Shown: positions 1-9,987, counted from the stretch's first letter. The stretch: DNA of 64,000 nt from an uncultured Ignavibacteriales bacterium (GCA_964464605.1 CAYXJN010000003.1:186001-250000); one strand, 5' to 3'. The notes: generated by a model not told the origin, from the letters alone. Numbers and translations are program-made.

Positions 1-825
1 GCGGATATCCTTAAAAATCATCATAGCGGCCGCTTCGACAATACGGGTCGTCGGCGCCGTGGTTTCGAATTCCTGACGGTACAACTGCGAAACGCGGATT
101 TTATCTTCCTGTTTGAGCAGTTCTTCAAACGGTTCGACATCCATTGAGTAATTCAAATTTGATATAAGCGTTTTGTAATCGGGCAAAGCGGCTTTAATCA
201 AGTCCCGGTCGTCGATAACCCCGATCATAGTCCCATCTTTATCGAGGACCGGAATGGCGGTCATACGAAATCGAAACATCATATTGGCGGCATCGCGCAA
301 CGTGTTGTCCGGTGTTACAGTCGCGGGAACATGGCGCATGACATCTTTCACCATCAGTTCTTTGTCGACAGTGACGTTGGCATCGGCTACGAGCTTGAGA
401 AAATCCCGCTTGTTGGTGGTCGCTAAAATTTTTTCAAGCGAACCGGGCATACGGGCAAGGCTGGCGAAACCGGATAAGGTTTGTAAATACAGCTTGGCAA
501 TCGTCGCTGGCGTCAACAGCAAGCAGAGGACATGCAGCGGAACGCCATCTGTCGTTTTATCGGTCAGCCCTTTTTTGGAAACGCCGACCAGGATATATAA
601 TTCTGAAACTGCATCTGTTCGCGCGTGCGGAAAGGCAAAGCCGCGGCCGTATGACGTATTTTCGATCTCTTCCCGTTCACGCACCGAAGCTAAAATCGCG
701 TCGAAGTTCAGCTTCAAGCCCTCATCCCGAATCATGTCGACTAATTCCCGAATCGCCTCATCCTTAGTCGTCGCGGCAAGATTCAGATTAACCCTGCGCT
801 CCATGATTAAATTCGCGAGTTTCAT
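1..825 (-). CDS. PTS EIIA (Ntr/Fru-type) domain fused to a CBS pair; 3' end runs off the window
   Basis: Missing from the ORF track, translated by hand. ATG at 825 overlaps the DUF502 stop (ATGA). MKLANLIMERRV...REREEIENTSYGRGFAFPHAR contains the EIIA phospho-His motif, followed by CBS repeats (VKDVMRHVPATVTPDNTLRDAANMM...IPVLDKDGTMIGVI). Confidence 0.85.
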   Translation of the reverse strand, partial: MKLANLIMERRVNLNLAATTKDEAIRELVDMIRDEGLKLNFDAILASVREREEIENTSYGRGFAFPHARTDAVSELYILVGVSKKGLTDKTTDGVPLHVLCLLLTPATIAKLYLQTLSGFASLARMPGSLEKILATTNKRDFLKLVADANVTVDKELMVKDVMRHVPATVTPDNTLRDAANMMFRFRMTAIPVLDKDGTMIGVIDDRDLIKAALPDYKTLISNLNYSMDVEPFEELLKQEDKIRVSQLYRQEFETTAPTTRIVEAAAMMIFKDIR

Positions 826-1499
826 GATACCACCACGCGCGCTCTATCCTCCGTGTAGGGTGTTAACGTAAACTCCTTCGGCGATACAACACCGCCCGAG
901 ACGAGATAATTCACACCTTCCTGAATCGTCATATTCGTTACAACCTGGATCTGCGGTATTGGTGTCAGTACCACGAACCCTGACATCGGTGTTGGCGTGG
1001 AAGGGACAAAGACCGCTATTAATTCATTGTTGTTCATATCCTGTTTTATCTGCACCCGGTTAGTAATAAAACCAAGCGCCCACGTACCCAACCGGGGGTA
1101 TTCAATCATTACCACTTCACTAAACGACTGCGTACTCGGCAGGGCAATCGCCTCCAGCAGTTGTTTAGAAGCAGTATAAATCGGCTTGATTAACGGGACA
1201 TTCACAATCAGCCGTTCCCAGATTTGCACCACATACCGGCCGATAAAATTGTGCGTCAAAATCCCCATTACCAAAACGAGCGCCAGCGTAGCGACAATGC
1301 CTAAACCGGGCAGCGGACGGCCGACTAATTCAATAATAAGCGGCTGGAGAATGCCGTCGACGATATTAAAGAGAAAGCGGAGTACTAAATAGGTGAGAAT
1401 GAGCGGTACGACCACCAGCACACCCGCCAGAAAGTACCGTCGGAGCATCATAAAGAATGAGTTTCGGTCAGACATCTGATTTGGAGGAACCAATTCCAC
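822..1499 (-). CDS. DUF502 family membrane protein
   Basis: RRYFLAGVLVVVPL, P-x-IY..SKQ, VxIEYPR and VFVPSTPTPMSGF motifs. The start may be ATG 1475. Confidence 0.85.
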   Translation of the reverse strand: MELVPPNQMSDRNSFFMMLRRYFLAGVLVVVPLILTYLVLRFLFNIVDGILQPLIIELVGRPLPGLGIVATLALVLVMGILTHNFIGRYVVQIWERLIVNVPLIKPIYTASKQLLEAIALPSTQSFSEVVMIEYPRLGTWALGFITNRVQIKQDMNNNELIAVFVPSTPTPMSGFVVLTPIPQIQVVTNMTIQEGVNYLVSGGVVSPKEFTLTPYTEDRARVVVS

Positions 1500-1553
1500 C
1501 TGTGGACAACATACCGGTTGTAACCGGTAACTGTCAACTTGAAAAGGAACCGG

Positions 1554-1937
1554 TTACAGCATCGCTATAACTTCAATTTCTATTTTGACATCCCGCGGCA
1601 ACCGGGAAACTTCAACCGTCGAACGGGCGGGCGGATCGGCGGTGAAGTAACTTCCGTACACGCCGTTTACCGCTTCGAAATCATTCATGTCTTTCAAAAA
1701 AATCGTCGTTTTCACCACATGCGACAAATCGGTTCCGGCAGCGGCTAATAACCCTTTGATATTTTCCATCACCTTTCGGCACTGCTCACCCGCAGTCGCA
1801 CCGACAATCTCTTTCGTATTTGGATCGAGCGGAATCTGTCCGGAACAAAACAACATTTTTCCGCAGGCAACACGGATCGCCTGCGAGTATGGACCGATAG
1901 CGGCAGGAGCTTCGGTCGTTCTAATAATTTCTCTCAT
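1554..1937 (-). CDS. ridA: RidA/YjgF reactive enamine/imine deaminase
   Basis: APAAIGPYSQA, SGQIPLDP, PPARSTVEV and IEIE motifs. Confidence 0.95.
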   Translation of the reverse strand: MREIIRTTEAPAAIGPYSQAIRVACGKMLFCSGQIPLDPNTKEIVGATAGEQCRKVMENIKGLLAAAGTDLSHVVKTTIFLKDMNDFEAVNGVYGSYFTADPPARSTVEVSRLPRDVKIEIEVIAML

Positions 1938-2039
1938 CTATCGTCACTTTCTCATTCATAGGTTTTCTTGCACGTACGTAAACATAGCACACAACCTATG
2001 CGCTGTTCAAGTCCCTGTTTAGTTGGAGTGAAAGGAGAA

Positions 2040-3011
2040 TCAGGTGTTGATAAGCACCGCTTGCGGGCTCATTAAGTCAACAAAGGCACGGAGAATTTTT
2101 TCATCGTATGCACCGCGATTGTTGAAGAGCACTTTGAGCGCCGGGAAAGTCTGCATAGCGTGCTGGTACACGCGCTCGGTGGTCATGGCGTCAAAGGAAT
2201 CGCAGATAGCAACGATTTTGGAATAGATATGCATTTCATCCAACTGCAATCCGCTCGGGTATCCTTTCCCGCCCCCCCGTTCATGATGCTGCAAAACCGG
2301 ATAATAGGAAGCGGAGGCAATCTCATCAGTTTCGGATAGAATCTCCACACCCCACTTCGGATGTTTCTTCATGATTTCAAATTCAATCGGGCTTAGTTCG
2401 GAGCGTTTGTTTAAAATACGAGTAGAGATTTTTGATTTACCGATATCATGCAACAGTGCGCCGACACCCAACTCATGCAGAAATTCTTCATCGGTAAACC
2501 CAAGCTGCTGCGCCAAAGCAATCGAATACGTGCAAACGTTGACGGAATGGGTATACAGATGATAATCGAACGAGCTGATTTGCATCAAATTCAAAAACCC
2601 TTCCCGCCCCTGCAGGATGTAATCCATTGTCGTACCCACCAGTTCTTTGGAGCGTTGGACATTTTCACCGAGGGTCGGATTTTCCAACACCTCCTGCACC
2701 AAGTTGGTGGAGGTGTCATACAAAATCTCCGCTTTGCGCGTCCCCTCGATAGTCGGGTCTTTGAGTACCACCTGCAGATTTTGCTCGATATAGCGCTGGT
2801 ATGAGGCCCGGTCTTCGGCTGTAATAAACAGGCGATCTACCCGGTTTTCCAACAGCTTCTGCCGGGTCTTTTCGGTAAACGGCATGTTGGGAGAACGGTA
2901 GAGAATCAGATTACCGTTGTTGTTTAGATAGAGCTCAAATTCGAGTACGGAGTCGACCCGAAGCGAGTCCAAAATAATCGGGATAAACTTTTTGTCGGTA
3001 CGCAGTTTCAT
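2040..3011 (-). CDS. HD-GYP domain cyclic-di-nucleotide phosphodiesterase
   Basis: YTHSVNV, LLHDIGK, HP, HHER..GKGYP and DSFDAMTT.RVY motifs. Confidence 0.9.
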   Translation of the reverse strand: MKLRTDKKFIPIILDSLRVDSVLEFELYLNNNGNLILYRSPNMPFTEKTRQKLLENRVDRLFITAEDRASYQRYIEQNLQVVLKDPTIEGTRKAEILYDTSTNLVQEVLENPTLGENVQRSKELVGTTMDYILQGREGFLNLMQISSFDYHLYTHSVNVCTYSIALAQQLGFTDEEFLHELGVGALLHDIGKSKISTRILNKRSELSPIEFEIMKKHPKWGVEILSETDEIASASYYPVLQHHERGGGKGYPSGLQLDEMHIYSKIVAICDSFDAMTTERVYQHAMQTFPALKVLFNNRGAYDEKILRAFVDLMSPQAVLINT

Positions 3012-3072
3012 CGGGTGTCTAAATTTTACCTTTTTTTGGGGCCGGCGGGCATACTACACCCCGGCTCTCCTT

Positions 3073-3099
3073 GTATCGGCAGTTTGGCGGACTTGTTTA
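3073..3099 (-). promoter_or_regulatory. sigma28 (FliA)-type promoter for the HD-GYP gene
   Basis: Minus strand reads TAAA-N15-GCCGATAC against consensus TAAA-N15-GCCGATAA, about 60 bp upstream of ATG 3011. Confidence 0.75.
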
Positions 3100-3129
3100 A
3101 AAAAATTCCCCGGTGGGGAGACCGGGGAA
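3099..3129 (-). terminator. Intrinsic terminator after the 206-aa gene
   Basis: 9-bp perfect stem TTCCCCGGT/ACCGGGGAA with a 6-nt loop, followed by T7 on the minus strand. Confidence 0.75.
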
Positions 3130-3165
3130 CAGAGGAGGGGTATGAGGTATGAAAACGGGAACCGT

Positions 3166-3786
3166 TCAGGTTCCGTAGTTCTTGATCTGCAGTAAAACCG
3201 ACTGCAGTGAATTCGAGATAGTGTTCAACACGCCGGAGTAGCGTTTGAGCAATTCTGAATATTGCCAGCGCATTTGGAACGCCTGCTCCGGAAAGTCAAA
3301 CAATTCTAAAAGAGCTGCTTTATAGATTTCGTCTATGTATTTGATGACGTAGTAGGGGTATTCGGCGATGTTCTGGTCATGCACCTCTCCCTTGCTTAAG
3401 CGTTCCCGGTACACTTCCACTTTTTCAAGCACTACCGTACCGAAACACCAGGGAGTCATAACGACGCCGAAATTCGCGCCGTCTGTATAGAACCTGCGGA
3501 TAGTACGCATGAGCAGATCGACAATGACGGCACGGGCGCGATAATATGACAACAATTCTGCCTGTTCCGGCGCTGTCTGACGAAGTTTGCAATCAAGCTG
3601 TTCCCGTTCCGCTTTGGCACGGTGATAGGTGACTTCAAGGAACTGATAATAGTCCTCAAAATAGACCTTACAGTTCTCTGAAAGAGACATGATATAAAAG
3701 CCCCGCCCATCCTGCTTTACCTTCGGTTCCTGGGTGGAAGCCAGCCGATCCGGCGCAAAACCACGTTGAAAATGTCCGTCTAACAT
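3166..3786 (-). CDS. Hypothetical protein, 206 aa, probably helical
   Basis: Clean ORF with an AAAGGGA RBS, an upstream sigma54-like promoter and a downstream terminator. No family recognised. Confidence 0.75.
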   Translation of the reverse strand: MLDGHFQRGFAPDRLASTQEPKVKQDGRGFYIMSLSENCKVYFEDYYQFLEVTYHRAKAEREQLDCKLRQTAPEQAELLSYYRARAVIVDLLMRTIRRFYTDGANFGVVMTPWCFGTVVLEKVEVYRERLSKGEVHDQNIAEYPYYVIKYIDEIYKAALLELFDFPEQAFQMRWQYSELLKRYSGVLNTISNSLQSVLLQIKNYGT

Positions 3787-3819
3787 CGTGTCCCTTTCTC
3801 TTCGTTCTGAGGGCTAAAA

Positions 3820-3835
3820 AGCAGAGCGTGTGCCG
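3820..3835 (-). promoter_or_regulatory. sigma54 -24/-12 promoter
   Basis: CGGCAC-ACGCT-CTGCT with exact GG-N10-GC spacing. An IHF-like site lies at 3886-3898 and a GCACAC-N9-GTGTGC palindrome at 3950-3970. Confidence 0.6.
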
Positions 3836-4094
3836 TTTCCTTAAAAAAGAAACAGGGAGTCCGATGGCGATATTATCTTATTGCATTTCAATCAGTTATG
3901 GAGACTACACGAAATGAAGCACTTACCTGTATTCATTCGTAAGTGAATTGCACACCACTGTTGAGTGTGCTACGAAATGCATATGCCCAAAGTAAAGCAG
4001 AGAGATATTACTCCGATATACATGACAGAGGATGTGATTCTAACGTGTCAAAACTAACCCACTCATCAATAGCCAGTGTATCAGGAGAGCAACA

Positions 4095-4301
4095 ATGACC
4101 TCGTCCAGAAATCGCGTCGGGTATTCAGTAACGAGCCCGCGCGGCGGAGAATCAGACGATTTGGGTAAAACCAAAGCCCCCAAATGGAAAAGTGCAAAAA
4201 AGAAAAGCACGGAAGCAAAACGGGCCAGTAAAGCGGTTCATGACAAACGTCAGGAACTCAGATTACAGGAAGTTGCGGAATTGGATTTTTACGGAGAGTA
4301 A
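4095..4301 (+). CDS. Small basic hypothetical protein, 68 aa
   Basis: AGGAG RBS at 4083-4087, Lys/Arg-rich sequence, followed by a terminator. Confidence 0.6.
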   Translation: MTSSRNRVGYSVTSPRGGESDDLGKTKAPKWKSAKKKSTEAKRASKAVHDKRQELRLQEVAELDFYGE

Positions 4302-4321
4302 TTCAGACCTATATCGGATAT

Positions 4322-4362
4322 AAAAAACGCAGACAGGAAAACCTGTCTGCGTTTTCTTTTTT
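4322..4362. terminator. Bidirectional intrinsic terminator
   Basis: A6-CGCAGACAGG-AAAA-CCTGTCTGCG-TTTTCTTTTTT between convergent genes. Confidence 0.85.
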
Positions 4363-4374
4363 GAATCTTGCTTG

Positions 4375-5433
4375 TTACTTGGCAATCCAGTCAGCGATAA
4401 AAATATTCGTTTCTCCGCGTACCTTGCCGCGACGGTTTGAGGCAAACACCAATTTGGTGCCGTCGTGAGAGAACATCGGGAATCCATCGAACAAGGGGCA
4501 ATTGGTAATCTGTTCGATCGCCTTTGTTTCTTTGTTCACCACAAACAGATCGAAATTTCTCCCTTTCGGGTCGTTCATATTCGATGCAAATATAATATGC
4601 ACCCCGTCCGGATGAAAATACGGGCCGAAATTCGCTTTTCCGTTGCTGGTTAACTGCATCGGCTTTTTGTCGGCCAGGTTCATTACATAGATTTCCAATT
4701 TGCTCGGACGAACGAGATGCTCTTTCAATAAGGACTGATAATCGGCAAGAGTATCTCCTTGGGGACGTGATGCCCGCCAGCAAATCCACTGGCCGTCCAA
4801 CGAGAAAAATCCGCCGCCGTCATAGCCCGGTTCGTTGGTCAACTGCTCGACATTGCTGCCATCCGGATTCATCATAAATAGTTCCAAATCACCGGTTCGT
4901 ACGGACGTAAACAAAATCTTTTCGCCGTTCGGCGAATAGACACACTCGGCATCATACCCCGGCGTACTGGTAAGCTGTACTAAATTACCACCATTTGTAT
5001 CCGCTTTGAAGATGTCATACCCTTCATGGATCGCCCAAGTGTATCCCTTCGACATGTCCGGTTTGTGTGGGCAGGCTTCTCTGGCCACATGCGTTGAAGC
5101 ATAAATGATCGACTTTCCATCGGGGGAAATAAATGAGCAGGTGGTCGTTCCTTTGCCGGAGGACAGCATATGCACGTGTGAGCCGTCGATATTCATCCGG
5201 TAAATCGCGTCGCACTCCCGCCCTTCAGTAGTTGCCTGAAATATCAGTTCCTTGCCGTCGTGCGAAAAATAGGCTTCGGCATTTTGGCCGCCGAATGTCA
5301 ACTGGCGGATATTGGCGATATATTTTTCTTCGCCGGGAAATAGTAACGTGGTATCCGGCTCGGTTTGCGGTTTTTCCTGCGCATACACGGCCATTGTCAT
5401 TACCAACATGCAAATGAAAATACGAAAATTCAC
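4375..5433 (-). CDS. Secreted TolB-like PD40 (WD40-like) beta-propeller protein
   Basis: Signal peptide; repeated QLT..PGYD...SPDG..I.F.S units; LTFGGQNAEAYFS. Likely GTG start at 5433 after GGAGG (the ORF track extends to 5457). Confidence 0.85.
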   Translation of the reverse strand: MNFRIFICMLVMTMAVYAQEKPQTEPDTTLLFPGEEKYIANIRQLTFGGQNAEAYFSHDGKELIFQATTEGRECDAIYRMNIDGSHVHMLSSGKGTTTCSFISPDGKSIIYASTHVAREACPHKPDMSKGYTWAIHEGYDIFKADTNGGNLVQLTSTPGYDAECVYSPNGEKILFTSVRTGDLELFMMNPDGSNVEQLTNEPGYDGGGFFSLDGQWICWRASRPQGDTLADYQSLLKEHLVRPSKLEIYVMNLADKKPMQLTSNGKANFGPYFHPDGVHIIFASNMNDPKGRNFDLFVVNKETKAIEQITNCPLFDGFPMFSHDGTKLVFASNRRGKVRGETNIFIADWIAK

Positions 5434-5524
5434 TGATCCTCCATGTATCAATTCCAATTGAAAATTACTTTCATTAACAACACAGTTATTATACGAAAGC
5501 AGTGAAGAAAAAAAACAGGGAATT

Positions 5525-8500
5525 TTACGAGGCAGTTACTGTCGAAGAATGCTGGCTGTTCGCCAATGCGGCGGCCAGTGTATCGAAAAGAATACCAAGA
5601 CGGTGCTCTATCTCCGCTTTGGTAACATCGAGATTGATTTGCGTACGCTGCAAAAAGGAAAAATCCATCGGCGATTCAGTCGCTTTGCGCATCCCTTCCA
5701 CTTCCGGACGGGTGAGTGTTCTTCCCTCAGCGAAGAAGAAACTCGCTTTGCCGTTCATCAGTTTGACCTTTTCGATACGCAATTTTGCGGCGGCGATTTT
5801 AACGAGCGCGGCATCAAACAGATTCATCGCCGATTGCGGTAAACGGCCGAACCGGTCGGTGACTTCATCCCGTAAACTACCGACCTGATCGAATTCATTG
5901 GCATCGGCTAAACGACGGTAGATATCAACTTTCTGCTGACGGTCGCTGATATAGTCATCACTTAAGAACAATTCCAAATCGACTTCCAGTTTGGTATCGA
6001 TAGGTGCGGAAAGAATACTTCCTTTCAGTTTGGTGACTGCTTCTTCAAGTAAGCGATTATATAAATCGTATCCGATTTCTTCGATATACCCGGACTGCCT
6101 TGCACCGAGCAATTCACCCGCGCCGCGAATTTCCAAATCACGCATCGCAAGAGCGAATCCTGCCCCTAAGTGAGAATGCGCTTCGATGGCGTGGAGTCGT
6201 TTGACCGCATCAGGCCGCAATTGCTTGACCGGTGGCACCACCATATAGGCGTAGGCGCGTTGGGAGCTTCGACCGACACGCCCGCGAATCTGATATAATT
6301 GTGCCAAACCAAACCGATCGGCTCTGTTAATGATAATCGTGTTGGCGTTCGGAATATCAAGGCCGGATTCAATAATCGAAGTGCACAAGAGCACATCAAA
6401 TTGTCTGGCTAAAAAGGCGAGCATGATTCCTTCAAGCGACCGTTCATGCATCTGCCCATGGGCAATAGCAACCTTTGCTTTGGGAACGAGTGTACCGAGG
6501 TACTCCTTCATCGCTTCGATCGTCTGCACCCGGTTATGCACGAAGAAAACTTGTCCGCCTCGGTCAAGTTCACGCAAAATGGCCGATGACAACACCGCCG
6601 GATCGAACTCTACAATTTCTGTGCTGATCGGCAGGCGATCTTTGGGTGAAGTGGTTATCATGCTCAAATCACGAATACCGCTTAATGCCATTTGCAGGGT
6701 ACGCGGAATCGGCGTAGCCGACATGGCAAGGGTATCGACATCCCGTTTGATTTGGCGGATTCGCTCTTTATGCTTCACACCGAAGCGATGCTCTTCATCG
6801 ACGATAAGCAGACCAAGATTCTTGAATTGGACATCGTTGGATAACAAACGATGAGTGCCGATTACCACTTCCACTTTGCCGATAGCTAAATCACCGAGAG
6901 TCGCCTGCTGCTGTTTGCGGGAGCGGAAACGGGATAATGATTCGACCCGCACCGGATAATCGGCAAAACGATTCGAAAAAGTCAGATAATGCTGCTGCGC
7001 CAGCACCGTTGTCGGCACCAACACGGCGACTTGTTTTCCGTTTTCGACTGCTTTGAACGCGGCGCGAATAGCAACTTCTGTTTTGCCGTAACCGACATCA
7101 CCGCAGATTAAGCGATCCATAGGCAAGGTGGACATTAAATCACGTTTAACATCCAAAATCGCTTTTTGCTGGTCGGGAGTTTCCTCGTATATAAAAGAAG
7201 CTTCCAGCTGCTTCAGCCAGACAGAATCTTCACCGAATGCAAACCCAGGATGAGATTTTCGCTCGGCGTACAACGAAATAAGGTCCTCCGCCATTTCAGC
7301 TATTGCTTTCTTGGTGCGCTCTTTAAGTTTTTCCCATCCTGCGCCTCCAAGCGCAGTCAATTCCGGTGCGGTCTCTTTGCCGGCATATTTGGAAACGCGG
7401 TTGAATTCTTCGATAGGAACAAACAACCGGTCAGTTCCGGCATACTGTAACAACAGACAATCACGGTGCCGTTTATCGACAATGATTGTTTCCAAACCTA
7501 AATACCGCGCGATACCGTAATCAGTGTGCACCACATAATCACCGCGGGTGAGGCTTGAATAATCTGCAATCGCCACACCCTCTTTGAATTTCTTTTTCCG
7601 CATCCGGCGGTGATAGCGTCCGAAAATTTCATGATCTGTCAGCAGCGCAACTGATGCTCCGGCGCAGACAAACCCCTGTTGCAGATCCGCGACTTCCAGG
7701 TAATCGCGCGAGTATTCTCCCACCCGCTCCGCAAGCAAATCACCCAGGCGCGCACGCTGTCCTTCAGTATCAGTCGCAATACATATGTGTGTACCAAGCT
7801 GCTTGAACTGGGTGAGTGTTTCGCCCAACAAATCAAGACGTGAGCCTAACGCGGGATGCGGTTGGCAGGCGAAGTCGATAACATCGGTCCGTGCACCGCG
7901 GAACGGTAGACGGATAATAGATGGATGCTTTGCAATATGCTGTTGAACTTCTGATAACGGACGATAATATGCTTCCGGCTCCGGCAACGAAGTCAGATGC
8001 TGCGACAGGCGGCTTCTGATTTCTCCCGCTTCACCAATCAACTCTTTAACTTCTTCCGCTAAATCATCTTTACCGTCAAAGAAAACGACGGCGTCGTTCG
8101 GGAAATATTCGGTCAGTGTCCCCTGCGGTAAACCGAAAGCGATAGATAACCATTCCAAACCGGGGAGTTCCGGATCATTGTGATATCGCTCCCGCAAATA
8201 CTCGGCGTCTGTTTGGGGAAGTTTCGCTATGTATTCTTCAAGTGTTTCATGTGTAATCGGCGTTTCCCGTCGCGGTAACAACGAAACGGAGTCGAGTTTC
8301 TGCATCGACCGCTGGCTTGATACCTCGAAATGGCGAATGCTCTCTATTTCATCACCGAACAATTCAACGCGCACTGGTGCATCATGTCCCGGTGAAAAGA
8401 AATCAATTAAACCACCGCGGACGGCAAAATCACCGACCTCTTCGACAACCGCTGAACGTCTGAATCCCATACCGAGCAGCCGGTGCACCAGATCATCAAG

Positions 8501-9037
8501 ATCAACTTCTTTCCCTTTTTGTAAAGCAACGCGGCGGGTTTCAAATTCCTTTTTAGTGATAGCCGGTTCTAATAACGCGCGAATATCGGTTACGACAATT
8601 TTGACCGAATTGGATAACAGCCGGTCGAGGGTCGAAATACGCCGTCCGATTATTTCTCCAACCGGCGCTTTGAAATCATACGGTAAAATTTGCCGCGCCG
8701 GATACAGGGCAACGGCGGAATCCCCCAACAGAAACAGCAAGTCTTCATAGATATTCCGGCTTTGGTCGGCACCCGACGATATTACGATAACCGGTTTCTG
8801 CGTTTCCGCAGCAAGCGCATCAATAGTAAAGGCAGTCGATGACCCAATCAGTCCTGTTATTTCCGTTCGCGGCGCTTTTGCGTGAACCGCCTCTATAATG
8901 TGGCGTACCGGCTGATATTGACGAAACCGTGACCGGATGCCATCAATCCGATGACCGGCTGACACTGTACTTGCTGTTGCTTCTATCTTCTTGCTGCTCA
9001 TTTTTGACAAAACAGAAATACCCCGATGAAAATTCAC
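5525..9037 (-). CDS. mfd: Transcription-repair coupling factor Mfd
   Basis: UvrB-homology N-terminus, RID domain, CGDVGYGKTEVA, DEEH, SATPIPRT, LYQIRGRVGRS, DLEIRGAG and TRCF C-terminus. Start uncertain (9037 or 9001). Confidence 0.97.
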   Translation of the reverse strand: MNFHRGISVLSKMSSKKIEATASTVSAGHRIDGIRSRFRQYQPVRHIIEAVHAKAPRTEITGLIGSSTAFTIDALAAETQKPVIVISSGADQSRNIYEDLLFLLGDSAVALYPARQILPYDFKAPVGEIIGRRISTLDRLLSNSVKIVVTDIRALLEPAITKKEFETRRVALQKGKEVDLDDLVHRLLGMGFRRSAVVEEVGDFAVRGGLIDFFSPGHDAPVRVELFGDEIESIRHFEVSSQRSMQKLDSVSLLPRRETPITHETLEEYIAKLPQTDAEYLRERYHNDPELPGLEWLSIAFGLPQGTLTEYFPNDAVVFFDGKDDLAEEVKELIGEAGEIRSRLSQHLTSLPEPEAYYRPLSEVQQHIAKHPSIIRLPFRGARTDVIDFACQPHPALGSRLDLLGETLTQFKQLGTHICIATDTEGQRARLGDLLAERVGEYSRDYLEVADLQQGFVCAGASVALLTDHEIFGRYHRRMRKKKFKEGVAIADYSSLTRGDYVVHTDYGIARYLGLETIIVDKRHRDCLLLQYAGTDRLFVPIEEFNRVSKYAGKETAPELTALGGAGWEKLKERTKKAIAEMAEDLISLYAERKSHPGFAFGEDSVWLKQLEASFIYEETPDQQKAILDVKRDLMSTLPMDRLICGDVGYGKTEVAIRAAFKAVENGKQVAVLVPTTVLAQQHYLTFSNRFADYPVRVESLSRFRSRKQQQATLGDLAIGKVEVVIGTHRLLSNDVQFKNLGLLIVDEEHRFGVKHKERIRQIKRDVDTLAMSATPIPRTLQMALSGIRDLSMITTSPKDRLPISTEIVEFDPAVLSSAILRELDRGGQVFFVHNRVQTIEAMKEYLGTLVPKAKVAIAHGQMHERSLEGIMLAFLARQFDVLLCTSIIESGLDIPNANTIIINRADRFGLAQLYQIRGRVGRSSQRAYAYMVVPPVKQLRPDAVKRLHAIEAHSHLGAGFALAMRDLEIRGAGELLGARQSGYIEEIGYDLYNRLLEEAVTKLKGSILSAPIDTKLEVDLELFLSDDYISDRQQKVDIYRRLADANEFDQVGSLRDEVTDRFGRLPQSAMNLFDAALVKIAAAKLRIEKVKLMNGKASFFFAEGRTLTRPEVEGMRKATESPMDFSFLQRTQINLDVTKAEIEHRLGILFDTLAAALANSQHSSTVTAS

Positions 9038-9109
9038 CGGGGTGCCTACGGCACATTCGTTAATTACGATTGGGAATATACGAATTCTAAACGGGAAAAA
9101 GAAATAAGA

Positions 9110-9979
9110 TTAATTAGTCGAAGCGGTCTGTTCCGCTTCTTTCATCAAGTCAGTGCCGACTTCTATTTGATCGGCTTTTTTATCACGAGCCTGGAACAGT
9201 ACCATCAGGGTAACACGGCGATTACGCGCATCAGCCGGATTCGTAACGATCATCGGGAATTTATCAGCAAATCCCCGTACTTCCCGTACCTGACCGTTGT
9301 AAAGCCCTTCGACTTCCATGAGCTGGCGGGCAGCATTGGCACGATCAGCCGAAAGCTCCCAATTAGTATATTCTTTACTGCCGGTGTCGCCGGAGGAGGT
9401 ATGCCCTTCCATCACGACTCGGTTTGGCAGTTTCCCGAGTTCGCGGGCAATCGTAACCAAAATAATCGCGCTCTTTTGCAGCAGTTTAGCAGAACCCGGT
9501 TCGAAGAAAGCCGGTGAATCTTCTGATTCATTTAAGATAATGCGTAGACCTTCAGAAGTAAGCTCGAGCTTAACGTTATCTCGCAGTTTTTGGAACGCTT
9601 CTTCTTTTTCCAAGTCATTAATAATTTTTTGCGCGGCGAGTTTGAGCGCTTCCTGTTCCTCTTTACCCGGATCTTCTACTTCTTCCTGTTTCAATTCCGG
9701 CGGCGCGGGAGGAGTTAACGTCGGCATAACACCGGCACCACCTTTCATCATTCCGGAGGTCCCTTCTTTCTGGAATTTTCCGGGATCACGGAAGTATCCT
9801 TGCACAGCTTCTTTCACTTCCGGTTTTTGCCCGACGAGCCACATAACCAAAAAAAACGCCATCATCGCTGTCATGAAGTCGGCAAAAGCGACTTTCCATG
9901 CGCCGCCGTGATGCCCGCCATGGCCACGCTTGTTGACCTTCTTAATGATTATGCGTTGTTGATCGGCAGTTTCAGCCAT
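9110..9979 (-). CDS. motB: Flagellar stator MotB with OmpA-like domain
   Basis: GGAWKVAFADFMTAMMAFFLVMW carries the ion-binding Asp; NWELSADRANA and NRRV are present. Confidence 0.93.
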   Translation of the reverse strand: MAETADQQRIIIKKVNKRGHGGHHGGAWKVAFADFMTAMMAFFLVMWLVGQKPEVKEAVQGYFRDPGKFQKEGTSGMMKGGAGVMPTLTPPAPPELKQEEVEDPGKEEQEALKLAAQKIINDLEKEEAFQKLRDNVKLELTSEGLRIILNESEDSPAFFEPGSAKLLQKSAIILVTIARELGKLPNRVVMEGHTSSGDTGSKEYTNWELSADRANAARQLMEVEGLYNGQVREVRGFADKFPMIVTNPADARNRRVTLMVLFQARDKKADQIEVGTDLMKEAEQTASTN

Positions 9980-9987
9980 ACCGGAAA

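Noticed and set aside
254..871. 205-aa plus-strand ORF, and the many similar antisense ORFs in the track
   Set aside because: They are shadows of well-supported genes on the opposite strand (here EIIA-CBS), with no motifs or RBS.
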